Counted from the first letter of the stretch, positions 36,050 to 51,082 are shown. The stretch: DNA of 64,000 bases from Intoshia linei (GCA_001642005.1 LWCA01000031.1:1-64000); one strand, 5' to 3'. The notes: generated from the sequence alone by a model not told the origin. Numbers and translations are program-made.

Positions 36050-37275
36050 GGACTGAAACACAAATCACATCGACTACTGCATTAGTAATAACAATTTACG
36101 GGTCAAAAACCCTAATTTTTTTTTTCAAAATGAAACAAGTTGGAAAATTTAAAAAATTATATCTTCAGGGCAAAACCACAAATTACCCTTTTTTTTTTTG
36201 GAATGAAAACAGCCCTAAAATTTAAAAAAATTTCAATCCGAATAAGTGATGATTTCATGGTCAAAAAAGCATTTTAGTATTCATATATTTTTTTTCCGAA
36301 ATATTTTATTAAAGCAAAAAATGTGAAATAATTAACGATCCGAAAATTAAAACAAAAAATTATTTCGATAGAGCTTATTCCAGTTGATAAAAATACAAAA
36401 GTTCAACCAGAAAAATCTACGCATTCCCAATAAAAAATAATTTTTAATATATCAACTAATATTTTTTAAATATTTTATATTTTGATTAAAATAAAAATTG
36501 AAAATGTAAATATTGATCCTACAGTTTCAAAAAAATATGCATTGAATTTTTAGACATTTCCAATAAAGAAATATAGGTGAAAATCTATATAATTCATTCC
36601 TTTAGAATATTTTTCATTGCTACGCAATTTTTCAATCTCAAATTCTCATTTTCAAAACATTTTGTTTAAAATTTAAATTACAACTACAAAAACGAATTAC
36701 TAAAAGTAATACAACTTTGTTATTATTATTTTTATATATATTACAATCCTTTGCAATATTGGTCAAATTCACCTAAAATATGTTTATAAGATGCTGATTC
36801 CATTAATTATAGATACATAATTGATATTTTTAAGTATTTATTAAATTGGTATTTAATATATATTATCACATTAAAAATGACAAAATAGGTTTTTATAATT
36901 TTATTTTTTCTTTAATTTTTGCTATTTATGATAATTTTTAGGATTAGACTGTTTTTACTTTATTTTTAATATTATACACACATTATGTCTAATAAATTAA
37001 AAAAATGAAATAACAAGTGTTTTTAAAATTCTTTACGCAAATGTTAACAAACAAAAAATTGAGATGGAATAATTCACTTTAAAGTAAAAAGTAATGTGAT
37101 ATGATGGTTCTAACTGAAACAAATTTGGGAACCACTCCTTTAAAGGATTGATAATAGTGAATAGTAGAATTTTTAAGTCAGATTTTCAACGTGAATTTAT
37201 TTTTTAAGTATAATAAAAATGTGCCCTCGGCAGAGCTAGGTCCTGTTTGTACGTAGCACATAACAGTCAACCTAG
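36050..37275 (+). mobile_element. Longest uninterrupted Helitron-family copy (5' end eroded)
   Basis: Family body ending CTCGGCAGAGCTAGGTCCTGTTTGTACGTAGCACATAACAGTCAACCTAG|T. Confidence 0.8.
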
Positions 37276-37757
37276 TTGAATACATAGTATGTAAATGTAT
37301 TAATAAATATAATTTATGCGTAAATTTACAGATTAGGATAACATCGTTATACCAATTATTTATTTGTAGACACATTTTTTGCAGACACTAAAAATATTGT
37401 ACTATATGACCCCACATATCTAAATAATTGAGAGATGTTACTACCGAGTCTACAATCACTTGTAAAACTTATATATTATTTAATATGTGCTTTTTATAAA
37501 TTAATCTCATTTTATATCGATTATATAATTACAATATGTTAGTACATTGTATATTGTTTTTAATTTTTGGTGAATAACAAACACGATTTTATATAGCAAC
37601 AATATTAGATAGGATATTAATAAAATCAATAAATTTGAAATGAGATTTCTATATATCAAGCATTCCCGTCCACTCAATTTAATTTTTAATCAATAATTTT
37701 AAATTACTACAAAGAAAGTTCATTTAAATTTCAGTCTCAATTCATGAATGCGATGGC

Positions 37758-40700
37758 ATGAACAAGGATAATTTGTACATAAATTGGTGTTTCATTGATA
37801 ATTCAAACCCACCTCCACATTCAATAAGTACCGTTTGTTGGGATTCTACCAATAATGTCATTTTAACTGGATCTAAAGAAGGATCCATTTGTATTTGGGA
37901 AAATTATGACGGTAAAAGTTGTATTTATTATTTTTATGTAGGGTTTTTATCTCTATTAACGAAACTTTTAATACACTTGCCAAATTTGTCAATAATGGCC
38001 GAAAAGCAAATAAATAATTTTTAACACGTCAATACGCGATGAAAATTCGTGAATCGAGATGGAGAAACCTATAATATATACTAAAGGGAGTCTACTTAAA
38101 TCCAACCATTTTTACTAAAAATCAAAATTACCAACCTTTTAGGGAGTATTCCTATTTTACTAAACTTTAAGGGAAAAATCTATTTTTACTAACCCTAAAA
38201 CGAAAAATCCAATTCTACCAACCTACAAAGAATACTTCAGTTTTAACAACCCTTTAGGAAAAATTCCAGTTTTACCAACCCTTAAGGGAAAAATCCAATT
38301 TTACCGAATTGCGGAGTATACTATAAAAACTAAGTAACACAAACAAAACAAAGTGAAGATCTTAAATAGAAGGATTATAAACAGATGTTATGAACACTTT
38401 TATGCTTACTTACACTGATGATAAAACAAATAAAAATTTACAACAAAAAAAATTAAATTTTAGATAATATAGATATGGATTCTTTCTTAAAGATTGGTAA
38501 AAGTGGAATTTTCTCTAAAGAGTTTGTAAAAGTGGGTTTTTACTTAAGGGTTAGTGTAAAAAGGGTTGGGTTAAAGTAAAAATTGTTGTATTGAAGTAAA
38601 AATGGTTATTTTAAGTAAAACTGGTTGGATTTAAGTAATAATGGTTGGGTTGAAGTAAAAATGGGTGGATTTAAGTAAAAATAGTTGGGTTGAAGTAAAA
38701 ATGGGTGGATTTAAGTAAAAATAGTTGGGTTTAAGAATATTATCTATACTAAATGTAAATGTGTACAGTAAATTACATTCCAATTGAATTATAATTCTAA
38801 TTTTACGGAATGAATGTTTATTAATTAAGTTGTAGTATTCTGTGATAATTTACTGTGTTAATTAAAAAATTTAGATAATTTACTTTGTCCGACTACATTT
38901 CTACTAAGTCATACTGACGAGATATCCACAATAACGTTAATTGAAAATGAAAACAAAATTTTCGCAGTTACGGACAATTCTGGTGGTTTTAGCGTATGGA
39001 ATGCAGGTTTGAATAAATGTGTAAATTTTTTAACAGAAACTTGCGTTCATTCAGAAGTCAAATTTTACCATATAGAAAGATTAAAATTGGGTGTTTTGTT
39101 GACATGTGGAAGTTATGAATATATAAAGATATACTCTGCCTTGTCCTTAAATTTGTTGTCAAATTTAGTAATTAAACCGGATGATATCAGTGCAATAAAC
39201 CAAATTACAATTTTTTTAATATGTTGGCCGTCATCAAACCAAAACGAGGTGATAATTGGTTGTTCACCAGGTGGTCAATTGATAATGTGGACAAAAATAT
39301 TGAATGAAGAATCAAAATGGCCTATAAACCAAAATGATCCTTGCAACGTAAATGCGTGTGAAATTGTCGATTTGCATACTAAATGCCCCTTGAACATTTC
39401 CCATTACTGTAAAAATCCTCGTGTATTAATGTTTCTTTTTCTCCAAAAATTTGTGATATACGATATCGGAAAATTCAATTTGTTGAACGTTGAATATATA
39501 AAAGAAGAAAACACGTTAAACTTTTTCCAAAGAGGTTGTTTTGTTAACGAGCAAGACATTATTACAATTTCTACATTAGGTCAAATTTTCATTTATCAAA
39601 TTTCAATCGATTTACAATTAAAGGTAGAATTGTCAAAGGTAAAAAAGATTGACATTTCAAAATTTGTTGCCTTGCAAGTCAATTTAAATTCCCAATTTTT
39701 TATTTCTCGAGATTTATCAAACTGCACGTGCTTATCTTTTACTAAAGACTTAATCATAATGACGCAAATTACCCCGAAAAACTACAATGTCAAATTTTGC
39801 CATAGTGTACAATTTGAAGAACATTGGACTCTATTGAATAGTACAGGAATTTTTGAAAATGTTGATGAAATTAATAATAAAAAAGTTTTATGTTATACAT
39901 ATCTCGAATTACCCCAGGTCGTTTCTGTCGGGTTTGAAGATGGAATAATTTCATTCATTCAAATGTTTGAATCCATTTTCAATAATTTTATGGAATCTGA
40001 AATTTTCGAAGGAAATAAATATAATAATTTAATTATTGATTTATCGAAAATGTCTTCCAGAATGTTCGCAACAATGTTGTTTTATCCCTATAATAATGAT
40101 CGAAATAGGTATATGGAGAATTGGTTCATATCTATAAATTCAGACAAATCCGTAATGTTGTGGGATTTGAATAATATAGATATGGGTCCAATGTACATTT
40201 ATTCTTCACACAATGACACTATCCAAGAAATATCTGTTCCACCAAATATTTTCGACAAAAGCTTGGAACATTGCATTTTAACCAAATCCGAATCAATAAT
40301 TAGTGTCGATGATTTATTACATGGCAAAAACGAGTTTATCGCTAGTAGACACCCTGTTACAATAAAAAGTTTTTACTTTTGCTGTGTTAACCATCTACTA
40401 GTTGTTAAACTTGTAAATTCTTCCATTTTCCTCTGGAATATTGATAGTGGAAATTTGGACCGTGTAGTGTATGGAAAAGTAACTCTAATGATTGATAGCA
40501 ATTTAAACAGTATCAATACTTGTTTCAATTTATCACAGTCAAATGACCCAGAAATTACAATTTCCGACGCATTGAAACGTCGGAATATTGACTCTCTAAA
40601 ACTTTTTGCAGAAAAAAAATTAAACAAGTTTAAAAGAAATTCCAGAGATCCCAACGATATTTTTGAATCTTTTCAGAATTCACATGCATCTTTTCCCGTG

Positions 40701-43700
40701 AAACTCAGAATACCTCTCCTCAATATTAACCGTATAAAGTGCCTTTCAGTATTATCTATTGACGTCGTGACCATGATGTACATTTTAAAATATCATTTCG
40801 TCGAACTTTCGGAAAATGCTGACCCAAAAAGTACATTCAAAGACGAATTAATCAATGTTTGTTTCAAAACAATTCTTTTATTAATTTCTTTAAATTCATC
40901 ATTTATATCAAATATTAATAATGATAACGAAAATATATTTTCATTGAAAATTTTCAAAAAATCTTGCCGCCTTTTACTTAATCATAACATTTTTTTTAAA
41001 GATATGCCTTATTACTTTGTCAATCTTAATAAAAATAAAACAAATTTAAAACCCAATATAATTTTACTTATTGCTAAACTATGCGTTAGTAATACGTTCC
41101 AGTCAAACAAATCTCTATTTCTAGTTTTTTCAAAATTCCACATTGAATATTTGAGCGCCAAATCAATTTCGTTTTATAAACAATTTATTTTGAAGAATAA
41201 TAACATTTTTAAAGAAGGTAATAATGTACCTCAAGTTTTGGATGTTATCTTTCAATGTCTTAATATCTTACGGATTGATTGTGATGATATTTGCATGGCG
41301 GCTCATTTATTGATAAAAGAAATTTTTTCTAATTCTAATAATACCATTTTAACAGAAATTTACCGAAAATGTACCGAGTATATTGAAACTTTTGTCAAAA
41401 CTACTGGATCTTTCAATGAAAGCAAAATTTCTGAAATGTTTAAGCATGTTGTATTGATAGATTATCTCAACAATTCCGGAAACAAAAGGTTGGAATATAT
41501 CAACAAATATCGATTGGAAATCCATTGGATAGGTGTTCATTACATTTTAACCAGTCAACTCTTTTCTAAATCCGAAAATCTTGAATATAAACGTTTGATC
41601 ATTAAAATGTTACCGAAAAACATTCCATATTTAACAGAATATACTACTCTTCATTTACTTTTTCTGACAATACTAATTGAAATGGTTCAAGGCGAACTTT
41701 ACGAATGTAACATCATTTCACCGTTAAAACTAAACCTCCAATCACCTATAAAAAGACACACTCTACCTATACAAAAAAAGTACATTTATTGCACCACTGT
41801 GTACGATACACTCTACAAAATTTGTTTTAAATATACAAATATTTTTATTAAATCTCTCAATTTTATTGTCAGTGTATTGAGTGAACGTAATATCAATAAT
41901 GAATATGAAAATGAACATGTTTCAGTCAAATTAAAAATTTTGAAAATAAAACAAATGAATGAAAAAAGAATGCCAAAAATTAAATTGAATACGATTTATC
42001 TTATTGATTCAATTTGTTCTGAAATGGAAAAAACACACGAAAAATTGGTTGAATGGAATACCCTACTTGTCAATATTGTCGACATTATATTGTCGTGTTG
42101 TAATAACAATTTTTTATTGACGTATGGATTTGAAATGGTTTCTAAAAATATTTCGAAATTACCAAAAATTTCATTTTCTCATTTCAGTAAACGCGTTTTT
42201 GTTGTACATGATTATCATTTTATTACCATTTTTGATTATAAATTGAACCGGAAACATAAAATTGATACTTTTGAAATTCTTTCTGATGAGTGTATTATTG
42301 ATTACATTCAATGTGCAGATAATGGAAAAGTTTTGGTTCTGCTTGTTACAAATCAAGAATGCATCTATTTTGCAAGGGTATATTTTTAAATAAAACTTTA
42401 AATAAATCATTATTATATACTTAATTAAATAATTAATATTATGGAAATAAGGGTATCCCACACAAGTAAAGTTTTTAGGGATTTTATCCCTAAGCCTAAA
42501 CGACTGCTATATTATTATTTTAAAAATCCCACTTTTTCCCACCATTAATAAAATTTAATAATATTTAATAAAAAATACCATTTTAAGTTTTTTATGTAAA
42601 AATCCGTTTTTAATATTTTACAAAAAGTCTCTTAGTCCTACCCCAAAATAAAAAATTTAATTTTACCAAACGTTAAGCATTAAGTTAAGGTAAAATTTCT
42701 TTCCCTAAATTTTTTGAAAACTTCGATTATACAAAAACTTACGAGATAAAACTCTTAATCCAACCACAAAATAAATAACCAATTTATTATTAAACAATGA
42801 AAGAAAAATGGCTTTTTCCGAGTACTAAAACATTAAAAATTTGTGAGATTTACAAGCGTGAATGTATTTAGTTTACAATTGACTTCTTTTTTTAGTTATT
42901 TTTAGTCTTTATTAGTTATTTATATATTTAAAAAAACCACCAAAGGGTTGCTGGTATTAGCAAATCGAACACTGTCATCTGTATTAGTTAGGACTATGAG
43001 ATTTTATGCTTTTTTACAGTGGTTGTTATTATGGGTAAAATTATATTGTCTAAGTCCTCATTGACGAAATTGAAAATTCTGTAATTTCGTTAATATGGAA
43101 TTTTCGGTCCAGGCCATTAAGATGCAAGGTTCGTAGGTTGAAATTAACGATAATGTTAAGTATTTCAAAATGGTATCAGAATTTTTATTCTTTAGAATAA
43201 TAAGCTTATTACGTTTATAAATGGTTACAAACAGAAATGTATAGCAGTGGTTCCCGAATGTGAGTCCCTGGACCTTTTGGGTCAAATAATATATTCCTTA
43301 TTTTATGAAATTCAAATAAAATATAAAAAAATTTTAATCAACTTTTTTTTAATTTTATAGGAGAATTTTCAATATTTATTTAAATTTTTTGCCAGAAGTT
43401 GGTAATTTATCCCAACTTTTGCAGATCGTTTAGACTACAGCCTACCGCAGACTACATTATTATTTCAAAAATCGTACTTTTATCCCACCATTAATAAAAC
43501 TTCATAAATAATACGATTTGAAACCCTCATGGAAAAATCGATTTTTACCGATATTTTTTTTGAAAATTTGATAATACCAAACTTTATGAGAAAAATCCAC
43601 TCAATCAAAGCACAAAATAAAAATTACCATTTTACCAAATCTTATGAAAAAAACCTTTAATTTTTTTATAAATTTTTTATATTTCATGTTTTCTTTGGGG

Positions 43701-44214
43701 TCCAAAAAATAAATATTTTGAAATAAGGGTCTGTAGTACGGACTCCGTACACTATTTGAATCTAGAACCACTGATTTGTATTCACTTTATTTTTAAGTAA
43801 GAATATAATTAAAATAAAAATATACTGTAGTAATTTGTTAATTATAATAACAAGTTGAGTTAAATTTTTTTGATTTTAATGATTATTTTAGTAACTTTCA
43901 CTAATAAGAGGGTTGACAGGTTTAACAGTATGATGTATAATCATTATTATATTGTTGATGACTATTTGAAAAACAAATAAAATTTTCAAAGTTCACAAAT
44001 CTTACGCATTTATTATTGATTTTAGATTTTAACGACTGGAATATTTGCGAATAATAAAATTAGCACCAAAATATACAAGAAAACAAGTATATCAAAACAA
44101 ATCAATCAATTTAAAAATTCAAAACATGAGATGAATTTTGGTTTAATCCTTACACCAGATAATACACTCTCTCTAATTTTACCAAACAATTTATCCGTGA
44201 TTTATAATATCTAA
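37758..44214 (+). CDS. WDR7: WD repeat-containing protein 7 / rabconnectin-3 beta-like (about 1281 aa). Exons 37758-37911, 38875-42377, 44026-44214
   Basis: PPPHSISTV...ILTGSKEGSICIWE, PTTFLLSHTDEISTI, MLFYP, DKSVMLWDL, ASRHP and FLWNIDSGNLDRVVYG match WDR7 motifs. The last exon is inferred from splice phase. Confidence 0.8.
38086..38744. mobile_element. Mutator-like/foldback element in WDR7 intron 1
   Basis: 9-bp direct repeat TATACTAAA at 38077-38085 and 38745-38753. Inverted arms are built from about 20-nt units (GTAAAAATGGTTGGATTTAA, about 8 copies at 38576-38734) and about 30-nt units (TTTTACCAACCCTTAAGGGAAAAATCCAAT). Confidence 0.75.
43245..43773. mobile_element. hAT-type MITE, CAGTGGTTC family
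   Basis: Ends CAGTGGTTC / GAACCACTG, collinear with 44898-45375. The TSD is not preserved. Confidence 0.65.
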
Positions 44215-44897
44215 TAAACATTTCCATGTTGTATTAAATTCTGTATCAGCCGATCTCAACCTTTGCAAAAACGACCCCTCCAATTTTTGGGCATACATAA
44301 GTAGAAATTAATTTATATATTAATACAATATAGTTGATATGTAAAATAAGATAATTTGTTCTAGTCAGGGTTGGCAAACGATAAAAATTGATCGATAATA
44401 TTGTTGAATTTTAAATTTAATTAACTGATTTTGTTTAATTGTATATTGAAACTGTGAATTAATCATGTAATTATAACCTCGTATAATTATAATTACAATA
44501 AAAATAAAGCTAAAAAGATGAGATAAAAATTTCCGAGTTTTTGGTATATAATTTGTAGTTTGTAGTCAAAATATTGGGTATATTCTGTATAGACCGACAA
44601 TTTTTTATGATCGAATATTAGAAACCCTTGAAATGCACTAAAATAATCGATATTAGATTTTAAGCATTTTAATTAAAGACAATTTTAATTGAGTACTAAT
44701 CACCTTTTTATTCAAATACGTGTGCCATTTCACATTAAAATTAAGAAATGAAGTAAAAGTATTTTTTTAGATTATACACATGTTTATTTACACAAATTGC
44801 ATACTTATATCTTTCATCGTTTCCTGGTATTTGAGTATAGTGAATTTGATTCGGGATTAGAGTTTCAATTTAACCGACTTTTTTATTACATTTAAAT

Positions 44898-45375
44898 CAG
44901 TGGTTCTTTATAAGTCCCTGGACCTCTTGAGTCAAAAACTATATGCCTTGGGGTCTATCAAATTCAAATAAAAGAATTTCTAATATTTATTACAAAGTTA
45001 CAGATTTTGGCAATTTATCTCAAATTCTAGATGACTACTATTATTATAATTTAAAAAATCCCTATTTTATCCCATTATTAATAAAATTTAATACAAAACA
45101 CCATTTCAAACCCTCATAGAAAAATCGACTTTTATCGATATTTTGTTGAAACATTCATTTAAACCACAACATAAAAAAATCCAATTTTATCAACCCTGAA
45201 GAGAAAAATCCTTATTTTTAATTTTTTTTGAAAAACAAGCTTTTACTAAATTAATAATATGAGAAAAAATTTTTAATTTTTTCATGAATGTTTTGTATTT
45301 TATTTTTCCTATGGGGTCTAAAAAAATAAATATTATGAAATGGGGTCCGTACACTATTTGAATCTGGAATTACTG
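44898..45375. mobile_element. hAT-type MITE, CAGTGGTTC family
   Basis: Ends CAGTGGTTC / GAATTACTG, flanks ATTTAAAT/ATTTAAAG (7/8). A third partial copy starts at about 56752. Confidence 0.7.
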
Positions 45376-46830
45376 ATTTAAAGGTAATTAAATTTTTTAA
45401 GCATACCTTAATTTTTTCAAGAAATATGGTTTTAAATTTAAACAATAATAATGCACTTTAATTAAAAATAATACATAAAAACTATTAGAGCCAACCTCGC
45501 TACCACCTGAAAATTTATAGACACCTTAAAAATTTTGCAACCGAAGCGTAGTGTTCTATATATCTAGTAACATATACACGGTTCTTGTCTTGACAATTTA
45601 CATATAAAAGCCAAAATAATTATGTTATTCATGAACATAATTTTTTTAAAGTCCAATTTGGTATAATGATGTTCGGAACAGGGATTTCGGTAATATAGGT
45701 TAGTTCTGCAAACTATCACATAAAATTTGTAATGAATTTCTATAATCAGTATTATAAATAATCGTAAATTAAAATTTCATCCTAAATAATCACTGAAGTG
45801 AGTCAAAAAGCTGTTTTGCTTTGTAGAAATGATAAATTTTTTGCGTCGTGAACATATACCTTGAAATGAAAAATATATTAACAATGAATTTCGTTTAATA
45901 TGGTATTATAATACTCTATTCGGGTTAATAGGTTTCTTTTATTATAGTAACGTAACCTCAGTTCTTTCTTTTAAAATTGGAATTGGAAATGTATATTTCA
46001 TAGTCTAATTTATTACCGATTAATGATGATGACATAATGTTTATTTGCAACATTTATTCTACTTCAATATCTCAAAAACGTTAAAATCATAAAAAATTAA
46101 TTTTTTTAATTTAAGCCAACTATTACCGGTAATGGTGTACCTATATTAAAACACTATTCTAAACTATTTATATTTTAAAATATAGTTTCAATGAAAGTTT
46201 CATGTCAATTTTATATTTATTGCGATTTTATTTGAAAAATTGAGCGTCCATAACTTATGGATTTACTTACTTATATATACTTGATTTATAAATAAGGGAT
46301 TATTAAAAAAATTAAAAAAAAAAATCCATTGAGATGAATATATCATTTATAAAATAATATCTTATATCGATTCGAAAATATCCAGGTAATTTTTAATAAA
46401 TCGAAAAATTTTTTTAGAGGCCGCTGACTAACCGACACTGTTGAAAAGGGTCAAATTGAATTTAGGAATCTTACTTTTAAACTATCGATACATAAATTAT
46501 TTTCAGATTCCCAATATGAACATAATTAAATTTACATATTTTTCAACTCTTACGTGATACATTTTCAAACTGATGTTCACTTAAAAATAACTAACTAGCT
46601 ACTGTAATTAACGTAACTATCATAATTTTAACATTTTTGCTCAATTCGGGACCTGGTAAGTCACAAAAATTTCTGTAGTAACATACTAAAGATGTATAAT
46701 GTACCGTATATTATGTACGCAGAAATAAATAATAACTTTATTGTAAACTATGACAAATACATATCAAATATTTCATCGCAAGTAAATGACCGTCAATTAC
46801 GGAGATTATGTGGTATTTATTGTATTTATT

Positions 46831-49800
46831 ATGAATGAAACATTAAAAAAAATACACAGTGAGACTTTAACAAGAAAAAACTACTTTGTTTCTACAATAT
46901 ATTTAAAATTATTTCATTAATTTCTAACTTTCTATATTGATGATTTAATTTTTCTGATATTAATATAATATTTTAAGACTGACGATGATTTGTTATTTGA
47001 AGATGATGTACAACGTAATCGATATTCTGTTAAGGCTTGGCTAAATTATGTGGAACATAAAAAAGACACTGAATCTCATATTGTAAATTTACTATTTGAA
47101 CGTGCATTGAAGAATTTGCCTGGCAGGTTTTATTTTTATAAAAAAATGTTAAACAATACGGTGGCCACTTCACCAATGGCCTTACAAGAGTGGTAAGAGT
47201 TTGATGGATGTTATAATCAGTTTTTTAATTACGCGTGAATTTTCATATTTCCTAATTTCCCCTCCTTTCTCGGGGATATTTCGACGGTGGGTTAGAAATA
47301 CCAGTATATTATGATAAAAATTTAATTTAGCTATAAACTCTGGCACCATTACACCTTGGAACGCCAAACTCAAACAAAAAGATTGTGTTGTACAGACAGA
47401 CAAATTGATGCACTTTTCAATGTATATGATCGCTGTTTTGTTTATATGAATAAGGTAATTTACAATACATTTTTATTTTATGTTATTTTCCACTAATTCA
47501 GCCACAATGCTACTTTTTTTATTGATACTACGGCCGCACAAAATTTACTGAGACATTGAGAAAGTTTACTCTGGACCTAAATTTTAGGTCTAATAAAATA
47601 GTTTTCTTTAAATTTTAATATCAGCAAGTTTTAATTCATAATTTTCAATTAAAATTAATCCTTAATTCACTCATATGAATTAACACCACATTTGTCATAT
47701 ATCTGAATCGGAATAAATAGCAATAGTAGGATGAATGCAGTGCTTCTCATGGGGTTAACCAGTCACCCAAGGGGTGAATACGAAAATTTAGATGATTGTA
47801 GGCGTATCTGCAATTTTGAACATATTTAATTAAATCATCCAATTTAATATAATCTTATGAGAAAAAACCAAAATTTTACTAATTCTTAAGGAAGAAATCT
47901 TTTTTTACGAATATTTTTTTTAAAAATCAATTTTTACCAAATTTTTAGATCAATAATATTGTTCTGACGGATTCCATAAGAAAAAACCTGATTTTAAAAA
48001 AATTTGAAAAATCTCCTTTTACTAATATTTTATTTGAAAAGACATTAATCATTAATATTTCGTTAAATAATTAATAATAATTGGACAACAGAAAAAAGTT
48101 CCATTAAAAACCGATTTGTTGATACATTAGAGTGGAAGACATAAAAAAATATGTAAATATTAATAATGACATAAAAAAGATATCAGTGACTTCCATGATT
48201 TTGTGTGCCCTTCGCTAACATTTGAGAAACTGGGGCAAAGTCAAGAATGTAATTTTTTGTATTAAAATATTTCATATAGACCTTGAATAAAGTCTCATTT
48301 TAACTTTTCAATTTGAAGTAAAATTATATATTGCATTATGATCAGATGTATTGCCCACGGCCGCACGTTGTACACCCCTGATCTGTAGTTATCAAATTGT
48401 GATTATTTCAATTGGCCATTTAGCGGCGAACGATATATAAAAATGATTATTAGAATTTATAATATCCAAATTCATGCAATTTAAAGTGCTATAATCAGGA
48501 CCTTGAAGAGCCAGAAGTAGGTCCATGTAAATTTTTTTTAAAAATGGGACCTCTGTATATTGCTTAATCGATAGTTCATTATCTAAAAATTAAAATTAAC
48601 CCTTCGAAATCGCATTGGTTATCGACATTTCTGCATATTTAAGAAATCTTTTAACATTACACATTAATAAATTAAAAAAGTAGGCCCTCATGATTGTAGA
48701 CTCGCTCATATGGCCCCAGCCCCCCACGGGCCTGTTTTATAATTTAACCTTCTATAAAGTCGAAATATACCACTTAATAGATTATTTTAGATGCCTAGAT
48801 TATGGCTTGAGTATTGCCAATGTTTGGTAAGAAATAACCGAATAACACGAAGCCGACATGCTTTTGATCGAGCTCTAAAAGCACTGCCAATTACACAACA
48901 TTCTCGAATTTGGAAAGAATATATTACATTTATAAATTTACACGGAAAAAGTATCAGTAAAATGGCAATACGTGTTTATAACCGCTATTTGCAACTGGAA
49001 CCTGAAAATATTGAAAAATATTACGATTTTTTAATAGATTGTGAGTTTTACGAGGAAGCAGCTCAAGTTTTGATAAGAATTATAAATGATGAACATTTTT
49101 GTTCAAAAAATTCAAAAACGAAATTCCAATTATGGAATGAATTATGTCAGATAATTTCGAAATACCCTGAAAAAATGGTGTCGATTGATGTTGATGCAAT
49201 TATGAGGTATGGAATCTCAAAATATACGGACCAAATTGGTTTATTATGGAATTCTCTAGCAAATTATTATATTAGAGGCGGAAATTTTCAAAAAGCGAGA
49301 GATATTTACCATGAAGCGATTGAAACTGTAAAAACGTCAAGAGATTTCAGTCAAGTCTTTGACACATTCGTAAATTTTGAAGAACAATTGGTTTCAACTA
49401 AAATGAACAAAAAAGTTGAAAATGTAAGTATTGATGACGAGGATTATGAAATTGAACTGGAAATTTTATTAGGCAGGTTAGAATCTCTTATAGAGGACCG
49501 ACCGTTATTGTTGAATAGTGTGTTATTAAGGCAAAACCCGCACAATGTAGTGGAATGGCAAAATCGAGCACGAATTTTTGAATCTGAACCAGAAAAAGTA
49601 ATATATACCTATGAACAAGCAATAAAAATTGTGGATATTCGCCAATCTATTGGTAGTATGCAACAGTTGTGGATTGATTATGCCATTTTTTATCACAAAA
49701 AAGGAGATTCAAATAATTGTAATTATATTTTTGAAAGAGCTATTATGCAGAAATTTAGAAAAGTGGATGATTTAGCTTCAGTGTGGTGTGAATGGGTTGA

Positions 49801-51082
49801 ATTGTTGTTAAAAAACGACAATCATAGAAAAGCTTTATCGTTACTTCAAAGAGCAATTACTCCCGGTTCAGTTAAAGGAGCGTATCATGACGAAGGCGTT
49901 GAAGTTCAAAACAGAGTTTACAAGTCACTTCGATTATGGTTACTTTATGCAGATTGCGAGGAGATGTATGGAACTATTCATACGGTCAAGGCAGTGTACT
50001 ACAGAATAATGGATCTGAGAATAGCTAATCCACAGACAATTATTAATTTTGCTCAACTTCTTGAAAGTCACTATTATTTTGAAGAATCATTTAAATGCTA
50101 CGAACGAGGTATCGCAATATTTAAATGGCCAAATGTTTGTGTAATCTGGTCATTTTATATTAAAAAATTTATTTTACGCTATGGTGGCAGTAAACTTGAA
50201 AGGTTGCGAGATCTTTTTGAACAATGCCTCGAATCTTGCCCCGTTAAATACAATTTCGAGTTTTACGTTTTATATGCCTTTGTTGAAGAAAAGTATGGTA
50301 TTAGGTACCACGCACCTGAAATCTATGAAAGAGCTCTCGAAAGTGTTCCAATGGAACACAAATACCAAATTTCCATTCTTTATTTGAACTATATGCGCAA
50401 AGTTTATTCCATTACTAATACTCGCAAAATTTTTCAAAAATCCATTGAAATAATAAACGATGATGGCGCAAGGAAGCTTTGCCAATGTTATGCGGAAATG
50501 GAAGCTCAATTGGGGGAAATTGACCGAAGTCGGACGTTGTATGTTCACTGTGCTCAAATGTGCGATCCTCGAATTTATGAAAATTTTTGGTCTGCCTGGA
50601 AGAAATTTGAACTCAAATATGGAAATGAAGATACTATGCGTGAAATGCTCCGTGTCAAACGTTCTGTAATGGCATATTATCAAAATGAAGTAATTTTTTG
50701 TCAAATATGTGTATAATATTTAGATTAATGCAAAATTGGTTCAAGCGAAAATATCAAAAAAAAATGAAAATTCACTCGATGACATGTCTGCATTAGACCA
50801 AGAAAGTCAAATTAAAAATTTAAGCAACCAACCAATCAAAGATATTATTATACCTTCCAATGAGTAATTCTTTTTATGTTTTATGTGTATAATAATTTGT
50901 ATTCAGAATTGAAAATGCTCCAGATGAATATGAAATTGATGTTGATATGAGCGATTCTGACAAGGAAATTGAAAAGGATATAGGTTTATCTTTATATATT
51001 TGCCATTTAGAATACATGTTTAGTCGATACCACACCCATGTCTGTACCATCTGAAGTTTTTGGCAGTTTAAAGCTCAATTAA
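46831..51082 (+). CDS. XAB2: Pre-mRNA-splicing factor SYF1/XAB2 (about 834 aa). Exons 46831-46887 (tentative), 46978-47126, 47331-47454, 48791-50689, 50724-50863, 50907-50983, 51024-51082
   Basis: RNRYSVKAWLNY, FERALKNLPGSYKLW, MPRLWLEY, FDRALKALPITQHSRIW, LLNSVLLRQNPHNVVEW, EDTMREMLRVKRSV and terminal VPSEVFGSLK. All junctions are GT-AG and in phase. Confidence 0.95.

Noticed and set aside
38576-38734. About eight regularly spaced 20-nt repeats, superficially CRISPR-like
   Set aside because: The units are directly adjacent with no unique spacers, there are no cas genes, the context is a eukaryotic intron, and the array is one arm of a foldback transposon.
50181-50704. Overlapping and antisense ORFs inside XAB2 (likewise 40373-40654, 41349-41540 and 42171-42461 in WDR7, 7585-7827 in ALG11, 13595-13819 and 27386-27696)
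   Set aside because: They are shadow frames of real coding exons, with no motifs or independent splice support.
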